Shown here: positions 54,730 to 63,199 of the stretch, piece by piece
Layout: the number at the start of each line of letters is the position of its first letter
How positions within the stretch are numbered: position 1 is the stretch's first letter
Source of the DNA: Gammaproteobacteria bacterium
GTDB lineage: Bacteria; Pseudomonadota; Gammaproteobacteria; Poriferisulfidales; Poriferisulfidaceae
Direction: 5' to 3'
DNA: 64,000 nucleotides
Assembly: GCA_026706895.1 (NCBI GenBank)
Contig: JAPOXW010000020.1
Location: 57,329 to 121,328, forward strand
Notes under the pieces: model-generated
Told to the model about the DNA's origin: nothing
The model's input: only the letters and a program-made list of their open reading frames with translations
Databases searched by the model: none
Program-made: the position numbers and the translations under genes

Positions 54730-55182
54730 TCAGGGCTGGGCGAGGGCCGCCAGCAGTGGCTTGGCCTCGCGGGAGGTGCGAAGCGTCTTGAGGTGCTCGG
54801 GCGAGTCCAGGATCTCCGCCAGTTCCTTCAGGTATTGCAGGTGGATGTCCTCGGCTTCGCTCGGCACCGCCAGTGCCACGAACACGTCGACCGGCTGCCC
54901 GTCGACCGCGTCGAAATCCACGCCCTTGGTCAGGGTCAGGATGGCGGCAGAACTGTGCGTCCCGTCGGGTATCCGGCAATGCGGGATGGCGACCCCGCCA
55001 CCGAGCCCGGTGCTGCCGAGGCGCTCGCGCGCGGTCAGCAGGTCCAGCAGTGTGCGGGAGCCGGTGGTTTCCAGGCCTCCGGCCAGGGCCTCGCTCAGGA
55101 TTTCGAGCGCACGCTTCTTGCTGCCGATTTGCTGCTGCAACAGGAGGCTGTCGGGGCGCAGCAAATCCAGGATGCCTCGCAT
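54730..55182 (-). CDS. ptsN: PTS IIA-Ntr (nitrogen regulatory EIIA)
   Basis: 150 aa; active-site His region GGGVAIPHCRI. Confidence 0.85.
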   Translation of the reverse strand: MRGILDLLRPDSLLLQQQIGSKKRALEILSEALAGGLETTGSRTLLDLLTARERLGSTGLGGGVAIPHCRIPDGTHSSAAILTLTKGVDFDAVDGQPVDVFVALAVPSEAEDIHLQYLKELAEILDSPEHLKTLRTSREAKPLLAALAQP

Positions 55183-55189
55183 GGCCGCC

Positions 55190-55510
55190 TCAGTTCAGCT
55201 GATGGTGGGTAATCTGGCTCTGATGGTGGTCTTTGCGTTTTTCCTTGTACTTGAGGATCTGTCGATCCAACTTCCCGGTCAGCGTGTCGATCGCTGCATA
55301 CATGTCGCTGTGTTCGGCGCGCGCGTGCATGTGGTGGCCCCGGACGTGCATGGTGGCTTCCGCGCGGTGCGTGTCGTGTTCGACCGCAAGCGTGATCTGG
55401 GTATTGATCACGTCATCGAAGTGACGGGTTAGGCGTTTAAATTTGGTGTGGATGTAATCGCGGAGCGGAGAGGTGATTTCTAGGTGGTGTCCGGTGAGTT
55501 TCAAGTTCAT
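55190..55510 (-). CDS. hpf: ribosome hibernation promoting factor
   Basis: MNLKLTGHHLEITSPLRDYI... YfiA/HPF fold; ATG 55510 preferred over the extended track ORF. Confidence 0.85.
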   Translation of the reverse strand: MNLKLTGHHLEITSPLRDYIHTKFKRLTRHFDDVINTQITLAVEHDTHRAEATMHVRGHHMHARAEHSDMYAAIDTLTGKLDRQILKYKEKRKDHHQSQITHHQLN

Positions 55511-55595
55511 AACAATACTTCCTCCGTGGCCCATCCATTATATACAGAGGGGAAGGGGTCTGGACACCCGGGCTGGAATCCGTCTGGGGTAGACT

Positions 55596-56477
55596 ATGAG
55601 CCGTTTTGGAATGTGTCCAATGCGCGAGGAATTCGGTGTGTCCGCGAAGAAGGCAGGTACATTCGCCTGGATCGTGACCGGTCTGGCGCTGGCGGCCGCA
55701 CCTCCGGCGCTGGCCGAATCCGCCTTGCACAAAGCGGCCCGCGCGGGAAATTTCGCGGAAGTGCAGAAACTGCTGGATTCAGGCGCGGACGTCAATTTAT
55801 TCAAGCAGGGCAAGACCCCGCTGCATCATGCGGCCCTGATTAATCCGAAACCCGAGGTTGTAGAGGCTTTGCTGGATGCCGGGGCCCAGGTGGGCGTGAA
55901 AGGGCATAACGACATGACGGCGCTGCATTTCGCGGTGGTCAACCCGACCCCGATGTCCGCACATCCGCAGTCGAACGTGGAAGCGGACAACAAATCAGGC
56001 GAGACGGCCCGGCGCCTGGAGGTGATCCAACTGCTGCTGGATGCTGGGGCGACGACGTATGCGAAGAACGAGGACGGCCTGACCCCCTTGCATCTGGCGG
56101 CGGGCCACTATTGGGATCCGGAGGTCGTGGACACGTTGCTGCTGGCGGGAGCATTCGTGGATGCAAGGGCCGAGAACGATGCGACCCCGTTGCATTTCGC
56201 GGCGGCCTTCAACGGAAACCCGGAGGTGACGCGATTGCTGCTGGATGCCGGGGCCGATGCGAACGCGCAGGATTCCGGGGGCCTGACGCCCCTGCATTTG
56301 GCGTCGCGCTTCAGGGGGTATGCGACGGTCGCACAGCTGCTGCTGGATGCGGGCGCGGACGTCAATGCGAAAGACCGCGAAGGCAAGACCCCGCTGGATT
56401 ATCACGCGGAGAGAGAAAACCCCAGTTGGCCCCAGGTTCTCGAGGATGTTGGCGGGAAATGCAACAGGAGCTGTTGA
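55596..56477 (+). CDS. secreted ankyrin-repeat protein
   Basis: signal peptide (AWIVTGLALAAAPPALA) then >=6 ANK repeats (G.TPLH.AA..G...V..LL.AGA); GC content like the host; probable start ATG 55620. Confidence 0.7.
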   Translation: MSRFGMCPMREEFGVSAKKAGTFAWIVTGLALAAAPPALAESALHKAARAGNFAEVQKLLDSGADVNLFKQGKTPLHHAALINPKPEVVEALLDAGAQVGVKGHNDMTALHFAVVNPTPMSAHPQSNVEADNKSGETARRLEVIQLLLDAGATTYAKNEDGLTPLHLAAGHYWDPEVVDTLLLAGAFVDARAENDATPLHFAAAFNGNPEVTRLLLDAGADANAQDSGGLTPLHLASRFRGYATVAQLLLDAGADVNAKDREGKTPLDYHAERENPSWPQVLEDVGGKCNRSC

Positions 56478-56561
56478 CGTACAGTGGACATTAACCTGAT
56501 TTTTAAAAATTTCACTACGCTGTGCAGGGATAAAAATCCGTATAAATATCGAGACTAGATG

Positions 56562-56978
56562 TTAATCAGATGTTTTAGTGCTTTTTTCTGCATCCAACAA
56601 GAATTCACAACATTCAAGAGTAAATTCTGCAATGCGTTCCATGTAAGCATCCATTTTTTCGCTACTGGCCTGAACCTGTTGCACCCAGAATTTGGCTTCT
56701 TTCCGGTATTCTTGTAATTGGTATTTTTTCTGGATGGTGTTTTTGGTTGTTTGAAGAAAAATTTCTCTTAAGGCTATCCGATCAATTCCAATTTCCGAGA
56801 AATGCTTGTGGTGGTGAACACGGTTACGGGCCTTTAGTTCCTCTTTGAACTCTTTGTTGAAATCATTAATGAAATCAGTGGCAAACTTCTTCACTCTACC
56901 TTTGGCATGTGCAGGCACTATATCTTTAAAGTACTCTTTGAGTCGCTGCTGGAACTGATAGCATCGACTAAAGTACAT
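56562..56978 (-). CDS. hypothetical protein (low GC), possibly the C-terminal part of a frameshifted gene
   Basis: 138 aa, Lys/Glu-rich helical, HHHKH; overlaps the next ORF by 61 nt in another frame; AT-rich islet. Confidence 0.35.
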   Translation of the reverse strand: MYFSRCYQFQQRLKEYFKDIVPAHAKGRVKKFATDFINDFNKEFKEELKARNRVHHHKHFSEIGIDRIALREIFLQTTKNTIQKKYQLQEYRKEAKFWVQQVQASSEKMDAYMERIAEFTLECCEFLLDAEKSTKTSD

Positions 56979-57304
56979 TTCACAGAATTGGTAATGTGGC
57001 TGCTACGAGTTACCGGAAGGTCTCGAAATGGATATCTTCGGAAGTAATACTCACATTCTTTTAATGAATTAATTATTAGATTTAGTTCTATATACCTTAC
57101 GGTGACTAAGTGCTGCTTTTCGACTTCCTCGGAAAAGTTGAATGCGCGCTCATACTTTTCGGTGTGGTTTGAGGCAATATCATCGAAAAATAATGTATGC
57201 TCGAACTTTTTTTCATTCCATTCTCTCCAGCCAGGATAGTCTTCCAAATCACGTATCCATCTTTGGATGGCCTCCGCTATCTGCGTCCGAGAAATATCTG
57301 TCAT
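56918..57304 (-). CDS. hypothetical protein (low GC), possibly the N-terminal part of a frameshifted gene
   Basis: 128 aa; last ~25 aa are Ser-rich out-of-frame-looking sequence; the downstream frame is open from a TAG at about 57003. Confidence 0.35.
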   Translation of the reverse strand: MTDISRTQIAEAIQRWIRDLEDYPGWREWNEKKFEHTLFFDDIASNHTEKYERAFNFSEEVEKQHLVTVRYIELNLIINSLKECEYYFRRYPFRDLPVTRSSHITNSVKCTLVDAISSSSDSKSTLKI

Positions 57305-57350
57305 TCCGAGCTTTGATGGGCTTGTTCAAAGGTTTGTATGGGAGGCTAAT

Positions 57351-57677
57351 CTATTCGGTGACGCGATAAACAAGTCTTTGCAAACTTCCGCTGACAATAT
57401 CAATCACGCTCGGGACAAGCACCTGCAGTTCCTGCAGACGCGTTCTGGAAGCAGCCATGACGATCACGGGTATAGGCAGCTTTTCCAGATTCTGCTGGTA
57501 TTCAATGCCTTGGTCGGCAGTGACAAACGCGTCAAACTTATGCATGGCTGCCTGTTGCAGCAGCGCGCCGTTCTTGCTTCCTGCCCAGCCCATTTGTTGG
57601 ACTGTGTGCAATTCGAACGATTCAGGAAAGAACGCCTTGATCTGTCTGGGAATGGACTCGTCAAGTAATAGTTTCAT
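57351..57677 (-). CDS. DUF5615-family PIN-like putative toxin
   Basis: 108 aa, MKLLLDESIP...FVTAD... PIN-like; immediately downstream of and overlapping a DUF433 gene. Confidence 0.65.
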   Translation of the reverse strand: MKLLLDESIPRQIKAFFPESFELHTVQQMGWAGSKNGALLQQAAMHKFDAFVTADQGIEYQQNLEKLPIPVIVMAASRTRLQELQVLVPSVIDIVSGSLQRLVYRVTE

Positions 57678-57885
57678 CCAGGCTCTCGACCAGCACTGCT
57701 TTTGCCTGATTCAGTACCTCGACCGCTTGGCTTCGCGAGACCGTGGGATGGTTGTCCAGAAACTCATCGATGGAGTCGCCTGCTTCCAGATATTCCATCA
57801 GGATGCGTACAGGAACCCGGGTGCCGGAGAAGACCGGCGTTCCACCAAGAATCTCGGCATCTTTGCTGATCACCGTATCTGTCAT
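57661..57885 (-). CDS. DUF433-family putative antitoxin
   Basis: 74 aa; ILGGTPVFSGTRVPVRILMEYLEAGDSIDEFLDNHPTVSRSQ is the DUF433 signature; 17-nt overlap with the DUF5615 gene. Confidence 0.65.
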   Translation of the reverse strand: MTDTVISKDAEILGGTPVFSGTRVPVRILMEYLEAGDSIDEFLDNHPTVSRSQAVEVLNQAKAVLVESLDETIT

Positions 57886-57979
57886 GGCTTATTCCTTGGC
57901 AAGCAATTATCAGATTATACGCCCGATTCTGGAGCGTCTGCTGATTGCCGCTTACCCGTGAATTCTTCGAAATTCTGTC

Positions 57980-58080
57980 TCAGAGCTGGAATTCTTCTCC
58001 TAGGTAAATCTCGCGTACTTGTGGATTTTCCACGATTTTCTCGCCTTTTTCCTCAGCGATTGACGTGCAGAGTACCTGTG
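57980..58080 (-). pseudogene. displaced duplicate of the lptB 3' end (gene-end remnant)
   Basis: reverse strand encodes ...SIAEEKGEKIVENPQVREIYLGEEFQL*, homologous to the true LptB C-terminus (...[28 protein letters not shown]); ~55 bp of ~85% nucleotide identity with 59043-59100. Confidence 0.55.
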
Positions 58081-58307
58081 GATAGTATGTGTTGCGGGAG
58101 CATCAGTGCAATCAGGCGGCAACTACATCACCAACCCCTCGTACATGAAACATATATAGACACGATATATAGATCTAACACTAGAAACTTTGTGTAGTGT
58201 GCACCATTTTCTGCTACAATTCGCATCTACTACCCCCGTCATTTCGCTGGCGGGCCGCAGGGTCTTAGGAAGAAATTCTTGAGGCCCTTTGCTTTATCTG
58301 GATGAGA

Positions 58308-58928
58308 ATGCGCACAGCCGTTTATATAGATGGATTCAACTTCTATTATGGGGCGGTAAAAGATACGGCCTATAAGTGGCTAGATTTCAAACAATTGTGC
58401 AAAATCATATTAAAACCACATCACAACATTACTTCTATTGTGTACTGAACGGCCAAAGTCAGATGGATGCCTGCAGACCCGGGTGCTCCTAGGCGACAAG
58501 CTACTTACTTCAACGCGATTAAATCTTATATTCCGGAATTGTCTATTATTCGTGGTCATTTTTTGGAAACTAAATTGCTTTGCAGGCCAGTCAACCCGAA
58601 GCACGGGAATCTGATTGAGGTTTTCCGTACAGAAGAGAAAGGATCTGATGTTAATCTGGCAGTGCACATGGTAAATGATGCGCATAAAGACAAATTCGAC
58701 TGCGCGATAGTTATCAGCAATGACAGTGATTTGGCAGAAGCAATGCGGATCGTGAAAAACGAATGCGGGAAAATGGTCGGGCTTTTCACGCCTTGGAGGA
58801 GGTATGCATCAAAACAACTTATGATGCATTCAAGCTTCCAACGAACGATTCGTAAAAGCAGTTTAGCGAAAAGCCAACTTCCGAATCCTATACCAGGGAC
58901 AAAAATTTATAAACCTAAGCAATGGTAA
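58308..58928 (+). pseudogene. NYN-domain (PIN-like RNase) gene interrupted by an in-frame TGA
   Basis: MRTAVYIDGFNFYYGAVKDTAYKWLDFKQLCKIILKPHHNITSIVY-TGA(58446-58448)-TAKVRWMPADPGAPRRQATYFNAIKSY...EKGSDVNLAVHMVNDA...VISNDSDL; both halves in one frame give a full NYN domain; low GC. Confidence 0.6.
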
Positions 58929-59042
58929 ATGCAAATGGCACTTACTGCGAAAGGACTTGGCATTGAAAACTGTCCCGAATTGAATTCAATGCGAGAGCGA
59001 ATAAGAAAACCCCAAGAATAAAACGTAAGTGCAGTTTTTTCC

Positions 59043-59768
59043 TCAGAGTTTGAATTCAGCTCCCAGGTAAGTCTCGCGTACTTGCGGATTTTCCAGGATC
59101 TCGTCGGGTTCGCCCTCGGCTATGATGCTGCCCTCGGAGAGGATGTAGGCACGGCGGCAGATGCTGAGGGTCTCGCGCACATTGTGGTCGGTGATGATGA
59201 TGCCGATGCCGCGCTCCTGCAATTGCTGGATGATCGACTTGATGTCGGCCACGTGCAGGGGGTCCACGCCGGCGAACGGTTCGTCCAGCAGGATGAAGGC
59301 GGGGTCCATCGCCAGCGCGCGGGCGATCTCGACCCTCCGGCGTTCTCCGCCCGACAGCGAAAACCCGCGGCTGTCGCGGATTTCGGCAATGGAGAATTCC
59401 TCAAGAAGAAGTTCCAGGCGCGCTTCCCGTTCTTCCTTAGACAGGGACAGTTGCTCAAGCACACCCAAGACGTTCTCCTCCACCGTCAGGCGGCGGAACA
59501 CGGAAGGTTCCTGGGGGAGGTAGCCGATGCCCCGGCGGGCACGCTGGCTCATGGACAGCCCGGTGATGTCCTGGGTGTTCAGGAAGATCTGGCCCCGGTC
59601 GCAGGGCACCAGCCCCGTGATCATGTAGAAGCAGGTCGTCTTGCCTGCACCGTTCGGGCCAAGCAGCCCGACCACCTCGTGGTCGCTTGCGTGCAACTCG
59701 ACCTCCGAGACGACCTGTCGGTCGCGGTAGGACTTGCACAGGTCCTGCGCTTCGAGCGTGGCCATCAA
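59043..59768 (-). CDS. lptB: LPS export ABC transporter ATP-binding protein LptB
   Basis: GPNGAGKTT Walker [16 protein letters not shown] signature, [11 protein letters not shown] Walker B; 241 aa. Confidence 0.9.
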   Translation of the reverse strand: MMATLEAQDLCKSYRDRQVVSEVELHASDHEVVGLLGPNGAGKTTCFYMITGLVPCDRGQIFLNTQDITGLSMSQRARRGIGYLPQEPSVFRRLTVEENVLGVLEQLSLSKEEREARLELLLEEFSIAEIRDSRGFSLSGGERRRVEIARALAMDPAFILLDEPFAGVDPLHVADIKSIIQQLQERGIGIIITDHNVRETLSICRRAYILSEGSIIAEGEPDEILENPQVRETYLGAEFKL

Positions 59769-60829
59769 TCAGAGTCGGTCTTCAGGCGGATTCGCACCCG
59801 CTCGGAGGGCTTCCGGGTGACGGGAGTCTCCACGCGTTCCTCGTCGATCAGGTAGACGATTTCGTGTCCCGTGACCTGGTGCGCGTCGACGCGCAGATTG
59901 ACGTCTTTCTTCAGGATCGCCTTGCGCTGCGGAATCTGGTAGAAGATGCTGCCGGCGCTTGCGCGGAGCGGTTTCCCGGAATCGAGGATCTGGGTCCAGC
60001 GGGCGTTGCCTTCGGCGTGCAGGGCCTGGACCCGGTCGCCTTCGGCGTGCACCGTGAGCCGGTCGGCGAGCAGGACCATGTCTCCTTGCGTGGCACGCAC
60101 GTCCCCGTGGTAGACGCTGACCTCCTTCTGGGCGTCCCACTCCATCCGTTCCGCGCTCAGGTCGAGCGTTTCCTCCGAATTGTCCGCGGCGTGTGCGGTG
60201 CCGAACGCTTCCTTCAGGATTTTCTCCAGCAGCGCCTGCGTGGGCTTTTCCGTGGACGGAGGGAACTGGCGGGCCTGCACGTCCTGCTGCAGCTGGCCGC
60301 CCGAGCCGTCCAACTGGTAGTCCAGCCCGGTGCCGCGCATCACCGCATGGGATTGGCTGAGCACGACCGCCTGCTCGCTGTAGACTCGTCCGTTCTCCGC
60401 GTCCAAGGTCAGCGATTCGCCGCGCATCAGGACCGGGGAATAGTCCGGGGGGTCGAGCAAGAGTTCCACGTTTTCATCCAGGGTGACCCGGGTCTCCCGG
60501 ATTTCCCCGTGCCGAGCCGAGGCCGAGGAATTTTCGAACGCGGGGTCGAGCCAATGCAAACGGGGGGCATCGAGGTTCAGGATTTCGCTGCCGAGATACT
60601 GGTCCAGCCGTTCGGCGACGACTTCGTAAAGCAGTTCTCCCTTCAGGTCCCGGATCCGGTGGCGTACCTGCAGGTAGCTGTTCTCGGGGACCCCTTTGTC
60701 AGGAGCCGAAGCGGTTTCCTCCGGGGTCGGGGTTCGGGTCAGGGCCCACAGGCCGATGACGACGACCAGCGCGAGCAGCAGGGTCAGCAGCCGGCGGAGG
60801 TTCATTATTTTCTGAGGATCCAGTCGCAC
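59765..60829 (-). CDS. apparent LptC-LptA fusion protein (LPS transport bridge)
   Basis: single 354-aa ORF; N-terminal TM anchor plus LptC-like domain (aa ~1-190), then an LptA/OstA-N-like domain ([20 protein letters not shown]...GNARWTQ...[15 protein letters not shown]); no stop or frame change between them; probable start ATG 60805. Confidence 0.55.
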   Translation of the reverse strand: MRLDPQKIMNLRRLLTLLLALVVVIGLWALTRTPTPEETASAPDKGVPENSYLQVRHRIRDLKGELLYEVVAERLDQYLGSEILNLDAPRLHWLDPAFENSSASARHGEIRETRVTLDENVELLLDPPDYSPVLMRGESLTLDAENGRVYSEQAVVLSQSHAVMRGTGLDYQLDGSGGQLQQDVQARQFPPSTEKPTQALLEKILKEAFGTAHAADNSEETLDLSAERMEWDAQKEVSVYHGDVRATQGDMVLLADRLTVHAEGDRVQALHAEGNARWTQILDSGKPLRASAGSIFYQIPQRKAILKKDVNLRVDAHQVTGHEIVYLIDEERVETPVTRKPSERVRIRLKTDSD

Positions 60830-61275
60830 ACGTCCCGCACCGCGCCCATGCCGCCCGGATTCGGGGTGATCCAGTCCGCGGCCTGGCGCGCTTCCATGCG
60901 GGCATCCGCGACCGCCACGCCCAGGCCGGCGGCCTCAAGCAGGGGCACGTCGGCGATGTCGTCGCCCATGCAGACGACCTCATTCCAGCGAAAACCGAGC
61001 CGCTGGATGAGGGCATTGGCTTCAGCGTACTTGTCGTCGCAACCGAGGATGACTTCCTCGATGCCCAGTTCCTGCAACCGCTCTTGGGTCGCCTTGCTTG
61101 CCCGGGCGCTGATCACCGCGATCTGCACGCCGACGTCGTACAGCAGGACCAGCCCCTGGCCGTCGTGCACGTGGAAGCATTTGCTTTCGGTGCCGTCCTG
61201 GGAAAGGTACAGGCGGCCGTCGGTCAGGACGCCGTCGACATCCAGGATCAGCAGTTTGACGTCCCGGGGATTCAT
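60805..61275 (-). CDS. kdsC: 3-deoxy-D-manno-octulosonate 8-phosphate phosphatase
   Basis: 156 aa from ATG 61275; HAD motif LLILDVDGVLTDG, GDDIAD. Confidence 0.85.
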   Translation of the reverse strand: MNPRDVKLLILDVDGVLTDGRLYLSQDGTESKCFHVHDGQGLVLLYDVGVQIAVISARASKATQERLQELGIEEVILGCDDKYAEANALIQRLGFRWNEVVCMGDDIADVPLLEAAGLGVAVADARMEARQAADWITPNPGGMGAVRDVCDWILRK

Positions 61276-62252
61276 CGCAGTCCGGCCGCGACCAGGTCGT
61301 GCATGTTGAGGACGCCGACCAGTTGGTCGTCCTGCATGACCGGGGCGGCGTTGAAGCGACGATCCCGCATCCGGTGCAGCACGTCGCGTGCGAGTTCGTC
61401 CGGCGCGGCAGTCTGAAAGTCCCGCGTCATCACCTGATCCACCGTCGTGACGTGGACGTCCACCGCGTCGCCCAAGCAACGGCGCAGGTCACCGTCGGTG
61501 AACACCCCGACGACCTGTCCGCTCTCATCCAGCACGGTCGTCATGCCGAGCCCCTTCTCGGAGATCTCGGGCAGGGCGTCCCTGAGCAGGGTCCCGACCG
61601 CGACTTTCGGGATTTTCTCTCCGTCGCGCATCACGTCGCGGACCGTGGTCAGCAGTTGCCGGCCCAGGTTGCCGCCCGGGTGAGTGCTCGCGAAGTCCTC
61701 CGGCTTGAAGCCGTGGACGTGCATCAAGGCGACGGCGAGCGCATCGCCCATGGCCAGTGTGGCGGTGGTGCTGGAAGTGGGGGCGAGGTTGAGCGGGCAG
61801 GCTTCGCGTGCCACCGGGATTTCCAGGTGAAGATCGGCTTTACGAGCCAGCGTGGATTCCGGCTGGCCGGTCAGCGCGATGATGGTGGCGCCGATCTGGC
61901 GCACCAGCGGCAGCAGGTTCAGCAATTCCTCGGTTTCGCCGGAAAAGGACAGGGTCAGTACGACGTCGTTGCGGGTGATCATGCCGAGGTCGCCGTGGCT
62001 GGCCTCGGCCGGATGGACGAAGAACGAGGGGCTTCCGGTGCTGGCGAAGGTGGCGGCAATCTTCTGTCCGATGTGGCCGGACTTGCCCATGCCGATGACG
62101 ATGATGTGCCCGGTGCACTTGCTGAGCACTTGGCAGCATTCGACGAAATCCTCGCCGGTGCGGTCCGCCAGGCTGCTTACCGCATCCGCTTCATGCCGCA
62201 GTACGTCGCGGGCGACCTCAAGGATGTCCGAAGTTTGTTCAGAGTCGGTCAT
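61272..62252 (-). CDS. kdsD: arabinose-5-phosphate isomerase (SIS plus tandem CBS)
   Basis: 326 aa from ATG 62252; SIS motif VIGMGKSGHIG, C-terminal CBS pair. Confidence 0.9.
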   Translation of the reverse strand: MTDSEQTSDILEVARDVLRHEADAVSSLADRTGEDFVECCQVLSKCTGHIIVIGMGKSGHIGQKIAATFASTGSPSFFVHPAEASHGDLGMITRNDVVLTLSFSGETEELLNLLPLVRQIGATIIALTGQPESTLARKADLHLEIPVAREACPLNLAPTSSTTATLAMGDALAVALMHVHGFKPEDFASTHPGGNLGRQLLTTVRDVMRDGEKIPKVAVGTLLRDALPEISEKGLGMTTVLDESGQVVGVFTDGDLRRCLGDAVDVHVTTVDQVMTRDFQTAAPDELARDVLHRMRDRRFNAAPVMQDDQLVGVLNMHDLVAAGLR

Positions 62253-63199
62253 ACAGGCACCATCATGCGCTCGGCGTTCCAGCCTAGATAGCCTATATAG
62301 CACACCAGCAGCAGGATTGCGCCGGATCGGGTCAGCCGGAAGCCGCCCCGGCGAAACAGGAGGAAGCCGAGCAGGGCGGTGAGCGCCAGCATGATCAGGC
62401 CGTCGTACCACAGCATCGGCGACACCGAAAACGGGCGGATGGCGGCGGGAACCCCGACCACGCCGAGCGTGTTGAACAGGTTGGAACCAACCACGTTGCC
62501 GAGGATCAGCCCGCTGCCTTCAGCACGCTTTAACGAGGCCAGCGATGCGGCGAGTTCCGGCAGCGACGTGCCGATGGCGACCAGGGTCAGGCCGATCAGC
62601 AGTTCATCCACTTCCAGCATCCGGGCCAGCCCGACGGAAGCCCAGACGAGCGCCCAGGCGCTGCCGAGCAGGAGGACCAGCCCGATCAGGATCAGGGCCA
62701 GGGCGGTCACGGTGGTGTGTTCGGTCGACTTGCTGGTGATCGGGGCGGCGGCCTGCCCGCTGCGCACGATCCAGGTGATGATTCCGACTAAAGCGATCAT
62801 CAGGAGGATGCCCTCCCAGCGTCCCAGTGCCAGGTCCGACAGGATCAGGAACACGCCCGCGGTGCCGAACAGGATCAGGGGGATGTCGCGTTTCACCAGG
62901 GTTCGATCGGCGGCGAGCGGGAGAATCAGTGCCGAGATGCCGAGGATCAGCGCGATGTTGGCAATGTTCGAGCCAAAGGCGTTGCCGATCGCAATGCCAC
63001 CGCTGCCGCGGAAGGCAGCCGTTGCAGAAACGAGCAGTTCCGGCAGGCTGGTGCCGAATCCCAGGATGACCACGCCAATGGCGAAGGTCGAGATGTTCAG
63101 TTGGCGGGCTAAAGAGGATGAACCCTCGACCAGTCGGTCTGCGCTCCAGGCCAAGACCACGAATCCGACTGCGACGACGATCAGGTAGGTTAGGAGCAT
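62249..63199 (-). CDS. yrbG: Ca2+/Na+ antiporter (YrbG/CaCA family)
   Basis: two alpha-repeat GTSLPEL motifs; ~10 TM; canonical position upstream of kdsD. Confidence 0.8.
   Translation of the reverse strand: MLLTYLIVVAVGFVVLAWSADRLVEGSSSLARQLNISTFAIGVVILGFGTSLPELLVSATAAFRGSGGIAIGNAFGSNIANIALILGISALILPLAADRTLVKRDIPLILFGTAGVFLILSDLALGRWEGILLMIALVGIITWIVRSGQAAAPITSKSTEHTTVTALALILIGLVLLLGSAWALVWASVGLARMLEVDELLIGLTLVAIGTSLPELAASLASLKRAEGSGLILGNVVGSNLFNTLGVVGVPAAIRPFSVSPMLWYDGLIMLALTALLGFLLFRRGGFRLTRSGAILLLVCYIGYLGWNAERMMVPV

Larger units (their letters stand above)
56480..59042. other. AT-rich accessory islet between lptB and hpf, occupying the canonical rpoN position
   Basis: strongly AT-rich compared with the ~65% GC flanks; contains hypothetical frameshifted ORFs, a DUF433/DUF5615 TA pair, the lptB 3' remnant and the NYN pseudogene. 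Confidence 0.7.

Noticed and set aside
57743-57961. 72-aa plus-strand ORF between the DUF433 gene and the lptB remnant
   Set aside because: It is antisense to the DUF433 gene and its upstream region, and has no SD or conservation signals.
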